From contig JALQZP010000001.1 in the NCBI GenBank assembly GCA_023258235.1, forward strand, positions 1-53,847: DNA of 53,847 nucleotides, given 5' to 3'. This document shows, in pieces, positions 45,523-53,676 of the stretch; the stretch's first letter is position 1, and every line of letters starts with the position of its first letter. The stretch comes from Terrimicrobiaceae bacterium (GTDB taxonomy: Bacteria > Verrucomicrobiota > Verrucomicrobiia > Chthoniobacterales > Terrimicrobiaceae). The notes beneath the pieces were generated by a model that saw nothing but the letters and a program-made list of their open reading frames with translations, ran no database searches and was not told the origin of the DNA. Both the position numbers and the translations under genes were made by a program.

Positions 45523-46340
45523 ACCCAGACTCAAAACAAAATCCCAATACCGTTGAGTTGCCTGAACCGACCGGTTGGCCAATCATAGCGGCATTTGGGC
45601 TTACCCTTCTTTTTGCAGGATTGATGACCAGTCTGGTGATCACGCTCTTGGGCTTTCTCATCTGTCTTTCGGGATTTATAGGGTGGTTTCTGGATGTTTT
45701 TCCCCATCCGAGACATTTTTATGTTCCCGTGGAGCAACCTCCCCGCCCGGAAACGACAGCCCGCTCGATCCAGTATCTCAAAATCGGCGAACGTGGGCAC
45801 CGGATGCGTCTTCCCATCGAGGTTCCGCCGCTCTGGGCTGGTGTCAAGGGGGGGCTCGTCGGCGCGGCTTTCATGGCCTCGATGGCCTGCATCTGGGGGC
45901 ACTTCATGTATGGAAGCATCTGGTATCCCGTCAATCTTCTCTCGGCTGCGGCCATACCCGAATTCGCGGAAGCCAGCACGGAAACGCTCAAGGAATTCAA
46001 TCTCTTTTCCCTGGTTGTGGCCACTTTCAGCCATGGCAGCATCTCTATAATGATCGGCTTGCTCTACATCACACTGCTGCCGATGCTTCCGGCCAAGTTC
46101 GCCTGGTTTTGGGGGGGCATTATCACGCCGCTTATTTGGACGGGATTTCTTTTTGCGACCATGCGGTTTGTGAATCCCATATTGAGTCAACGTGTCGATT
46201 GGTATTGGTTTATTGCCTGCCAAATCGTTTTCGGCATGGTCTGCGGATACATCGTCTTCAAAGAGGAAAAGGTGGAAACGATGCAGTCCCTCTCCTTTGC
46301 GGCCAAACTTGGAATCGAAGCTCCCGAGGCAAAAAAATGA
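45519..46340 (+). CDS. Uncharacterised polytopic membrane protein embedded in the oxidase/bc operon
   Basis: 273 aa from ATG 45519 (MNPDSKQNPN), with ATGA overlaps at both ends (ctaE stop and qcrC start). It has ~6 hydrophobic segments. I see no heme or metal motif, and it is too long for the canonical ~100-aa subunit IV. Confidence 0.6.
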   Translation: MNPDSKQNPNTVELPEPTGWPIIAAFGLTLLFAGLMTSLVITLLGFLICLSGFIGWFLDVFPHPRHFYVPVEQPPRPETTARSIQYLKIGERGHRMRLPIEVPPLWAGVKGGLVGAAFMASMACIWGHFMYGSIWYPVNLLSAAAIPEFAEASTETLKEFNLFSLVVATFSHGSISIMIGLLYITLLPMLPAKFAWFWGGIITPLIWTGFLFATMRFVNPILSQRVDWYWFIACQIVFGMVCGYIVFKEEKVETMQSLSFAAKLGIEAPEAKK

Positions 46341-47041
46341 AACATTTGGCGTGCTTATTCCTTTGCCTGCTTTTGATTTCAGGTTGCGACTGGATGCCTG
46401 GTCGTCCCACCCTTGCCCAAAAATGGCGCTCTCCCGAGGACGTGGTTGCCTTCAAGGATCTCTATGCCCAAAATTGTCTCGCCTGCCATGGAGACGGTCA
46501 ATCGAAGGCCGGTTCCATCACGCTTAAAAATCCGGTTTATTTGGCCGCGATTCCGCGCGATGTCCTGCGCTCCACGATAGCAAACGGTGTCGCTGGTCAC
46601 AATATGCCTGCTTTCTCGGTGGCAGCGGGTGGTTCGCTCCAAGACTCGCAAATTGAGACTTTGGTGGACGGAATTTTGGCTTGGGCCGATCCCAAGAAAT
46701 TGCCAGCCACACCGATCCCTCCTTACGCGGCGGCTTTGGGGGATGTCGTTTCCGGCAAGGCCGCCTACACCGCCTCTTGCGCCTCCTGCCACGGACCCGA
46801 TGGCAAGGGAGGCAAGGCAGGTTCGATTGTTGACAAATACTATCTCAGCTTGGTGAGTGACCAGTATCTTCGCTCTGTCATTATCGCCGGGCGCCCGGAA
46901 CTCGGATGCCCCGACTTTTCCTCCCGCAGGCCCGGATCACCCATGACTCCGCAAGCCATAGCCGATGTGCTGGCCTGGATCTCCTTTCAGCGTGTCAACG
47001 AATTCGACCAACCGCTCTCCCAACCTCCGGCCCAACGATGA
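46337..47041 (+). CDS. qcrC: Diheme c-type cytochrome, probable lipoprotein
   Basis: Has the lipobox LLISGC and two CXXCH motifs (CLACH and CASCH), each followed by a Met-containing segment (HNMPAF). The start forms an ATGA overlap with the preceding gene. The track ORF from 45575 is a spurious upstream extension. Confidence 0.8.
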   Translation: MKHLACLFLCLLLISGCDWMPGRPTLAQKWRSPEDVVAFKDLYAQNCLACHGDGQSKAGSITLKNPVYLAAIPRDVLRSTIANGVAGHNMPAFSVAAGGSLQDSQIETLVDGILAWADPKKLPATPIPPYAAALGDVVSGKAAYTASCASCHGPDGKGGKAGSIVDKYYLSLVSDQYLRSVIIAGRPELGCPDFSSRRPGSPMTPQAIADVLAWISFQRVNEFDQPLSQPPAQR

Positions 47042-47607
47042 AACACGAGCCCGATAATTCCAATCTCCACGACAAGTCTGCGCCCTGCGCCTGCTCAGCC
47101 GCTCCCGCACCGGACAATAGCACCCGTCGCGAGTTCATGCTCAAAATCGGTTTCGCTCTCAATGCCGTCGCCGGTGCGGCTGTTGGCATACCGCTTCTGG
47201 GATACGCATTCTCCTCTTTTTTCAAGAACCATGAACTCGATTGGGTGAGCCTTGGACCGGTTGACAAGTTTCCCGAAGGAAAAACCCGTCTCGGCCAGTT
47301 TAAAAATCCCGTCCACCGCTCCTGGGACGGTGTCACGGCCGAAGTTCCATGCTGGGTTCGCCGCATATCGGGTGACCAGTTTCAGGTTTTTGCCATCAAC
47401 TGCGCGCACTTGGGTTGTCCGGTCCGCTGGTTTGAGGAATCGAAGCTTTTCATGTGCCCGTGTCACGGTGGCGCTTATTACGAGAACGGCGATCACGCCG
47501 CCGGACCTCCACCCCGGGGCCTTTTCACCTATGAGTTCAAGGTTCAGGATGGTCAACTGATGATCTTGGCCGGTGCCCTGCCGACTCTCGCCCAGCCGAA
47601 CGCATGA
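47038..47607 (+). CDS. qcrA: Rieske [2Fe-2S] subunit of a cytochrome bc-type complex
   Basis: Has a twin-arginine-like TRREFMLK signal followed by a hydrophobic helix. The Rieske boxes are CAHLGCPV and CPCHGGAY. ATGA overlaps occur at both ends. Confidence 0.85.
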   Translation: MKHEPDNSNLHDKSAPCACSAAPAPDNSTRREFMLKIGFALNAVAGAAVGIPLLGYAFSSFFKNHELDWVSLGPVDKFPEGKTRLGQFKNPVHRSWDGVTAEVPCWVRRISGDQFQVFAINCAHLGCPVRWFEESKLFMCPCHGGAYYENGDHAAGPPPRGLFTYEFKVQDGQLMILAGALPTLAQPNA

Positions 47608-49085
47608 AATCGCCTGTCCAAAAACTTAGCGATCTCGGGAAGGATCTCTTCCTTTGGTTTGACGACCGTCTGCATGTGAAGAAAATCTGGGACTCCACTG
47701 CTGGCCATCACGTGCCGCAAAGTGCGGGCAGTTGGTTCTACGTCTTTGGAAGCGCGACGCTCCTGTGTTTCATGATGCAGCTTGTCACCGGCATCATGTT
47801 GGCCTTGGTCTATGTCCCCTCGGCTGATGAAGCCTACGCGACGCTGGAATATCTGACCTACCACCAGCAGTTGGGTTGGTTTCTTCGTGCCGTCCACTAT
47901 TGGGGTTCGAATTTCATGGTCGGGATCATGTTGCTCCACATGACCCAGGTTTATCTTTTTGGGGCTTACAAATACCCTCGCGAGATCACTTGGATATCCG
48001 GACTCGTTCTTCTCGTTCTCACACTCGGCCTGGCCTTCACCGGCCAAGTGATGCGCTTTGACGAGGATGCCTACTGGGGCCTTGGCATCGGGGCCGCGAT
48101 CATGGGCCGCGTTCCATTTATCGGCCAACAACTCGTGGACTTCATGCTTGGCGGCCAGATTATCGCCTCGGAGACACTGTCCCGCTTTTTTGCCCTCCAC
48201 GTTTTTGTCCTTCCCGGATCGGTCATCGCCATAGTGAGCCTCCATCTACGCATGGTCCTCACCAAGGGCATCAACGAATATCCCGTTCCCGGAATGGTCG
48301 TTCGTCGACAGACCTACGACAAGGAATACGCTGCCATCATCAAAAAAGAAGGCGTGCCATTTTTTCCGAAGGCGATTGATAAAGACATTATCGCCGCCGC
48401 GTTTGTGATCGGCGGCATTGTGACCTGTGCTTGTGTCTTCGGTCCCAAGGGCCCGAGCGGACCACCGGACCCGCTCCAAATCAATGCCTCCCCACGGCCG
48501 GATTTTTGGTTTCTCTGGATTTTTTCGATTGCCGCCCTCATGCCTGAACAGATCGAGACTGTGGCCCTCCTCGCCGGCCCCGCTGTCATCGGGCTTATTC
48601 TCGTCGCACTTCCGTTTTTTAATGGCACCGGCGAGAAAAGTTGGCGCCGTCGCCCCGTGGCCGTCATTATCGTTCTTCTTACTTGGATCGGGCTTGGCAT
48701 GCTCACCTACCTTGGTGCCACATCCCCATGGTCACCCGTAATGAATGCCTGGTCGGCGCAATCCACGCCGGACGCCCAGATTCTCCATCGTTCGCCACTC
48801 CAGCTTCAGGGGGCCGTTGTCCTCCAATATAAGCAATGCCGCAACTGTCATGCGATTGATGGCCTTGGTGGCGAGCGCGGACCCGACCTGTCCGATGTCG
48901 GCATGCGACTCACGCGTCCTCAACTCACCCGCCAAGTCGTGCAGGGTGGGGGAAATATGCCCGCTTATGGTCAAAACCTTTCCCCTGCGGAAGTCGAAGC
49001 CCTTGTGGATTACATGGCGTCGCTCGTTCCCGCTGGCGTCCCGCCCGCCCGTGACTACACTCTCCCGCAAAAAACGAAAAATTGA
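47604..49085 (+). CDS. qcrB: Cytochrome b (b6 + subunit IV-like) fused to a C-terminal monoheme cytochrome c domain
   Basis: Two bis-His pairs sit in helices B and D (RAVHYWGSNFMVGIMLLHM and FFALHVFVLPGSVIAIVSLHL), and the PEWY-region position is filled by an FWFLWIF segment. The C-terminus has CRNCH and GGNMPAYG. Confidence 0.85.
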   Translation: MKSPVQKLSDLGKDLFLWFDDRLHVKKIWDSTAGHHVPQSAGSWFYVFGSATLLCFMMQLVTGIMLALVYVPSADEAYATLEYLTYHQQLGWFLRAVHYWGSNFMVGIMLLHMTQVYLFGAYKYPREITWISGLVLLVLTLGLAFTGQVMRFDEDAYWGLGIGAAIMGRVPFIGQQLVDFMLGGQIIASETLSRFFALHVFVLPGSVIAIVSLHLRMVLTKGINEYPVPGMVVRRQTYDKEYAAIIKKEGVPFFPKAIDKDIIAAAFVIGGIVTCACVFGPKGPSGPPDPLQINASPRPDFWFLWIFSIAALMPEQIETVALLAGPAVIGLILVALPFFNGTGEKSWRRRPVAVIIVLLTWIGLGMLTYLGATSPWSPVMNAWSAQSTPDAQILHRSPLQLQGAVVLQYKQCRNCHAIDGLGGERGPDLSDVGMRLTRPQLTRQVVQGGGNMPAYGQNLSPAEVEALVDYMASLVPAGVPPARDYTLPQKTKN

Positions 49086-49100
49086 CCACAGAGGGACCAC
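49080..49100 (+). promoter_or_regulatory. AATTGACCACAG box (copy 1), overlapping the qcrB stop codon and upstream of gnd
   Basis: aattgaccacagagggaccac here compares with aattgaccacagtggacacag at 50234..50254. The first 12 nt are identical. Each copy contains a TTGACC (-35-like hexamer). Each copy starts at the stop codon of the upstream gene. Confidence 0.45.
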
Positions 49101-49196
49101 TGAAAAATATTGTTTCAAAAAAATCTGTAATTCGCTTCTGTCGAAAAAAGATACCGAGTTCCTCCTTCCATCCCCCGAACAAAATCCACTGAAAAC

Positions 49197-49217
49197 TTAA
49201 TTCTTAAACCTTAAAAC
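49197..49217 (+). promoter_or_regulatory. Triple heptamer leader element TTAATTC-TTAAACC-TTAAAAC, ending 4 nt before the gnd ATG
   Basis: Read directly from the sequence. The same arrangement, three TTAAWYC heptamers followed by TCYT and then ATG, occurs before pgi. No Shine-Dalgarno sequence is present. Confidence 0.5.
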
Positions 49218-49221
49218 TCTT

Positions 49222-50235
49222 ATGTCCCAACTCGGTATGGTCGGCCTCGGCCGCATGGGTGCCAACATGGTCCTTCGCCTCCTTCGCGATGGACACAAAT
49301 GCACAGTCTTTGATCGCTCACCCGATGCCGTCAATGCTCTCGTCAAAGAACAGGCGACAGGTGCCACATCCTTGCCCGATCTTGTTTCCAAGCTTTCCGC
49401 TCCGCGTGCCATTTGGCTGATGGTTCCTGCCGCGGCAGTCGACAGCACGATCGATGAACTTCTTCCCCTGCTTGAAAAAGGGGACACCATCATCGATGGA
49501 GGAAATTCCTACTATGTGGATGATATTCGCCGTGCGAAGCGCATCGCTGGGAATGGCATTCACTACATCGACGTCGGCACGAGCGGCGGCGTGTGGGGCT
49601 TGGAACGTGGCTATTGCATGATGATCGGTGGCGAGCAAGAGATCGTTCAGCGTCTCGATCCGATCTTTGCGACCCTTGCTCCGGGCATCGGCGACATACC
49701 TCGCACCGAGGGCCGCCCTGAAAACCAGGGGACCGCCGAACGGGGCTATCTCCACTGCGGAGGCAATGGCGCCGGCCACTTTGTAAAAATGGTCCACAAT
49801 GGCATCGAATACGGCATCATGGCCGCCTACGCCGAAGGTATGAATGTTCTCAAAAATGCGAACATCGGCAAAAAATCGCAAATGATCGATGCGGAAACAA
49901 CGCCCCTCCGCGACCCGGAACATTACCAGTTCGATTTCAACCTTACGGATATTTCGGAAGTCTGGCGCCGAGGAAGCGTCGTTGCCAGTTGGCTCCTCGA
50001 TCTCACCGCAAACTCGCTCGTCAAGGATCCCTCGCTTCAGGAGTTTGCCGGCCGGGTGAGCGACTCCGGCGAAGGGCGTTGGACGATCAAGGCCGCCATC
50101 GATGAGGGGGTTCCCGTTCCTGTTCTCACCACGGCCCTCTACGAACGCTTTAGCTCCCGGGGGGATGCCGACTTCCAGGACAAACTTCTTTCCGCCATGC
50201 GCTACCAGTTCGGCGGCCACCTCGAAAAGAAGTAA
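49222..50235 (+). CDS. gnd: 6-phosphogluconate dehydrogenase, decarboxylating (short ~330-aa form)
   Basis: Has the NAD(P) fold motif [12 protein letters not shown]. Also contains [29 protein letters not shown] and RYQFGGH blocks. Confidence 0.9.
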   Translation: MSQLGMVGLGRMGANMVLRLLRDGHKCTVFDRSPDAVNALVKEQATGATSLPDLVSKLSAPRAIWLMVPAAAVDSTIDELLPLLEKGDTIIDGGNSYYVDDIRRAKRIAGNGIHYIDVGTSGGVWGLERGYCMMIGGEQEIVQRLDPIFATLAPGIGDIPRTEGRPENQGTAERGYLHCGGNGAGHFVKMVHNGIEYGIMAAYAEGMNVLKNANIGKKSQMIDAETTPLRDPEHYQFDFNLTDISEVWRRGSVVASWLLDLTANSLVKDPSLQEFAGRVSDSGEGRWTIKAAIDEGVPVPVLTTALYERFSSRGDADFQDKLLSAMRYQFGGHLEKK

Positions 50236-50254
50236 TTGACCACAGTGGACACAG
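50234..50254 (+). promoter_or_regulatory. AATTGACCACAG box (copy 2), abutting the gnd stop codon and upstream of pgi
   Basis: See copy 1. TAA (50233..50235) is followed directly by TTGACCACAG. Confidence 0.45.
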
Positions 50255-50324
50255 ATATCACAGAGAAGAATTTCATGGCAAAAATCCCATCGTTCTCTGC
50301 GCGGTCCCAGAATGAAAAAATTGC

Positions 50325-50345
50325 TTAAACCTTAAACCTTAAAAC
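50325..50345 (+). promoter_or_regulatory. Triple heptamer leader element TTAAACC-TTAAACC-TTAAAAC, ending 4 nt before the pgi ATG
   Basis: Read directly from the sequence. The spacing to the ATG (TCCT, then ATG at 50350) is identical to the gnd copy. Confidence 0.5.
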
Positions 50346-50349
50346 TCCT

Positions 50350-51966
50350 ATGCTCACCTCACATCCCGCCTGGGACTCACTCACCGATCAAGCGGAAAAC
50401 CTCCCGCACCTCGCCGAACTCTTTGAGGAGGATCCTCGCCGCGCGGAGAAATTTCAGATCGAAGCCGCCGGGCTCTTTTTCGATTACTCCAAAAATCTCA
50501 TCACCGAGGCCACAGTGAAATCCCTCATCGAACTCGCCAATGCCGCCGGGCTCCGCGACCGCATCGATGCGATGTTCCGAGGTGATAAAATCAACATCAC
50601 CGAAAATCGCGCCGTCCTTCATACCGCCCTTCGCGCCCCGCGCACAGCCTCGATCAAAGTCGATGGCGAGGACGTCATTCCCGGGGTCCACGAGGTCCTC
50701 GACCGCATGGCCGTGTTTTCCAACCGCATTCGCAGCGGGGAGTGGAAAGGACACACCGGCAAGCGCATCAAAAACATCGTCAATATCGGCATCGGTGGTT
50801 CCGATCTTGGTCCCGTGATGGCCTACGAAGCTCTTCGGCACTACACCGATCGCTCGCTCACCTTCCGCTTTGTCTCGAATGTGGATGGCACCGATTTCGC
50901 CGAGGCCACGCACGACCTCGATCCGTCCGAGACCCTTTTCATCATTTCCTCAAAAACCTTCACCACCCTTGAGACCATGACCAACGCCGCAACGGCACGG
51001 GAATGGTCCCTCGCCGGCCTTGGTGGTGATGCCAGCGCCGTTGCCAAGCACTTCGTCGCCGTTTCGACGAATGCCGAAAAAGTCTCTGCATTCGGTATCG
51101 ATACCGCCAACATGTTTGGATTTTGGGATTGGGTGGGGGGACGCTATTCGATGGATTCCGCCATCGGGCTTTCCAACATGATCGCTCTCGGGCCGGATCA
51201 CTTCCGCGAAATGCTGGCCGGGTTTCACGAAATGGATGAGCACTTCCGCACGGCTCCTTTCGAAGAGAATATTCCCGTTATCCATGGACTTCTCGCGCTT
51301 TGGTATAACGACTTTTTTGGCGCCCAAACGATTGCTGTCCTTCCTTACGAACAATATCTCAAGCGCTTCCCTGCCTACCTGCAGCAACTCACCATGGAAA
51401 GCAACGGCAAGCACGTTCAACTTGACGGTGCCGAGGTGAACGCCGACACCGGCCCGATCTACTGGGGGGAACCTGGCACGAACGGCCAGCATTCGTTCTA
51501 CCAACTCATTCATCAAGGAACGCGGCTCATTCCTTGCGACTTCATCGCCTTCGCCAAGTCGCTCAACCCCCTTGGCCGGCATCATGACCTCCTCATGTCG
51601 AATGTCTTTGCCCAAACCGAGGCGCTCGCCTTTGGAAAAACGCTTGAAGAGGTCGAGGCTGAGGGCACGCCATCCGCGCTGGCGCCCCACCGCGTCTTCG
51701 AAGGCAACCGTCCTTCGAACGTGATCATGGGTGAAAAACTCACTCCCGCCGCGCTTGGGCGACTTGTCTCGCTCTATGAAATGAGCGTCTTTACGCAAGG
51801 TGTGCTCTGGAATATCAACCCCTTCGATCAATGGGGGGTCGAACTCGGCAAGGTCTTGGCTCAACGCATCATTCCTGAGTTGGAAAGTGCGTCGGAACCC
51901 AACCTTCAGCACGACAGCAGTACAAACGCCCTCATCCGCAGGTATCGCAAACTCAAAACTCAATAG
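50350..51966 (+). CDS. pgi: Glucose-6-phosphate isomerase
   Basis: Contains [32 protein letters not shown] and [15 protein letters not shown], which are canonical PGI blocks. Confidence 0.95.
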   Translation: MLTSHPAWDSLTDQAENLPHLAELFEEDPRRAEKFQIEAAGLFFDYSKNLITEATVKSLIELANAAGLRDRIDAMFRGDKINITENRAVLHTALRAPRTASIKVDGEDVIPGVHEVLDRMAVFSNRIRSGEWKGHTGKRIKNIVNIGIGGSDLGPVMAYEALRHYTDRSLTFRFVSNVDGTDFAEATHDLDPSETLFIISSKTFTTLETMTNAATAREWSLAGLGGDASAVAKHFVAVSTNAEKVSAFGIDTANMFGFWDWVGGRYSMDSAIGLSNMIALGPDHFREMLAGFHEMDEHFRTAPFEENIPVIHGLLALWYNDFFGAQTIAVLPYEQYLKRFPAYLQQLTMESNGKHVQLDGAEVNADTGPIYWGEPGTNGQHSFYQLIHQGTRLIPCDFIAFAKSLNPLGRHHDLLMSNVFAQTEALAFGKTLEEVEAEGTPSALAPHRVFEGNRPSNVIMGEKLTPAALGRLVSLYEMSVFTQGVLWNINPFDQWGVELGKVLAQRIIPELESASEPNLQHDSSTNALIRRYRKLKTQ

Positions 51967-52527
51967 GATGAGTGGTTGTTTTTTAGCTGTAACGCTGCGG
52001 TAGGGCTCTCGACGTTCGTGTTTTTATTCTATATTCGGAGCTTTGAGGTTGAAAATGGTCGGGCAGACTCTTGCAGGAAATGGTAGCCCGATGTGTCGGT
52101 GTGTTGTACTCGAATGACCTACTCGCAATAGAGATCAGGATAGACACCGTGAATTCTAGATTTTAGAAACTCGAAAAACTGGAACTGGAATTTATTGCAT
52201 TCGCATGATACCAAAAGTCGCTTGTTTTTGGATTTTTGAAAAAGGGCACAGGCGTCCCACCTGTGTGCGTTGGTATGCTCCTTGTTTACAATTGGAAGGG
52301 TGCGAGCAAGTAGACCAGTGTCCACAAAAGCCGAGACGGCCCTGCCCCCTTTCTTTTGCGCTGCAAAGTCCAATTTCAAAGGTACAATGGTTTGGACGAG
52401 TTCCATGAGTAACTCGCCGCAATGCCTGAGCGGGGGCGCAGTTTTTGGTTTTCAATTAAATGAGCTGTAGATTTACCAAGCCGAGCCTTGGTGGTTTCGG
52501 TAAACTCGGAATGTCTTTTCGCGTTCC

Positions 52528-53676
52528 GTGAGAAAATCAAGGAAACCCTTCAAGCTCGTATCGAGAGTCCTAGCTCGGTTGCGTGATTCTTGCGTTAATT
52601 CCCGAGAATTTTCGATATCCTTTGGGTTGCACGCGATTTTTGTGGCGATTTTTGGGACGATGATTCTCTTTAACGTGGGGGAAAGGGTGTCGAAATTTGA
52701 AAGCGGGTCCGATGGGTTTATTGGAAGCTCAGGTGAGTCGGGACCTCCGCAGAAAAATACCACTGATTTGCCTCCTTTGGAGAATGTCGCCGTGATGGCG
52801 GCGCCGGTGAATAACTTCAAGGCGATCACCACCACGGCGATCTCGCCTGTGAGTTTCAATATGGAGCAAATGTTTACTTCCACCCATTCGCGGGAGAGTG
52901 GAGGTAAGGCAGGCGGTTGGGGAAAGTCATCTGCGGGGAAGGGAGCGTGGGGGAATGGCTTTGGAACCAAGAGCAAGGATGATTTGATGTTGGTGGGGAC
53001 GTTTTTTGATTTGAAGCAAACTCAAACAGGGAAACAGCTCCCCACAACTCATGCGGACTGGGTTAAGGTGATCGATGGATTTGTGAAAAGCGGGATGAAT
53101 CATGCTGTTTGTGCCAAGTATTTTCACGCGGGCCCGATATACACTTCGCATTTTTGCATTCCGGTGCAGAGCGCCACTGAAGGGCCGGCGCACTTCGGCT
53201 TGCAGGGCTTGGTGAAGCCCACAAAGTGGTTCATCCATTACCGTGGCGGTTTTTCCCCGCCGCGTACTGGTCTCTATCGGTTTTGGGGGCGCGGAGATGA
53301 TGTGCTTATGATCTTTGTAAACAGGGCTCGGGTCCTAATGGTGGGTGAGCAGTATGTCTATTATTTTACCAATCCGCCAACGTGGAGGTTGGGGAGGGTT
53401 CCATACCCTGGTTCGTGGGTGATGCTGAGTCAAGGGGACACCTACAGACTCGACGTGATTATGGGAGAGTGCCCCGGCGGGTTGTTTGAGTCCCAGTTAC
53501 TGATTGAGGAAAAATCTGCAAATAAAATCGGCGCAGATGATCAGTACCGTCCGCTCCCGGTTTTCAGTACCTTGCCCATTGAAGGAAAGCCTCCGCGCAG
53601 CCAGCACTACGAAGTGGAAAACGAGCCATTGGTAATGAGCCCGCTGAAAAATGTTCTCGATCTACGTGATCAGTGA
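52528..53676 (+). CDS. Membrane-anchored hypothetical protein with a PA14-like C-terminal domain
   Basis: 382-aa ORF with a GTG start and one N-terminal TM segment (FGLHAIFVAIFGTMILF), followed by a Gly/Ser-rich linker. The C-terminal region has a PA14-like pattern (GLYRFWGRGDDVLMIFVNRARVL). The domain call comes from pattern memory only. Confidence 0.5.
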   Translation: MRKSRKPFKLVSRVLARLRDSCVNSREFSISFGLHAIFVAIFGTMILFNVGERVSKFESGSDGFIGSSGESGPPQKNTTDLPPLENVAVMAAPVNNFKAITTTAISPVSFNMEQMFTSTHSRESGGKAGGWGKSSAGKGAWGNGFGTKSKDDLMLVGTFFDLKQTQTGKQLPTTHADWVKVIDGFVKSGMNHAVCAKYFHAGPIYTSHFCIPVQSATEGPAHFGLQGLVKPTKWFIHYRGGFSPPRTGLYRFWGRGDDVLMIFVNRARVLMVGEQYVYYFTNPPTWRLGRVPYPGSWVMLSQGDTYRLDVIMGECPGGLFESQLLIEEKSANKIGADDQYRPLPVFSTLPIEGKPPRSQHYEVENEPLVMSPLKNVLDLRDQ

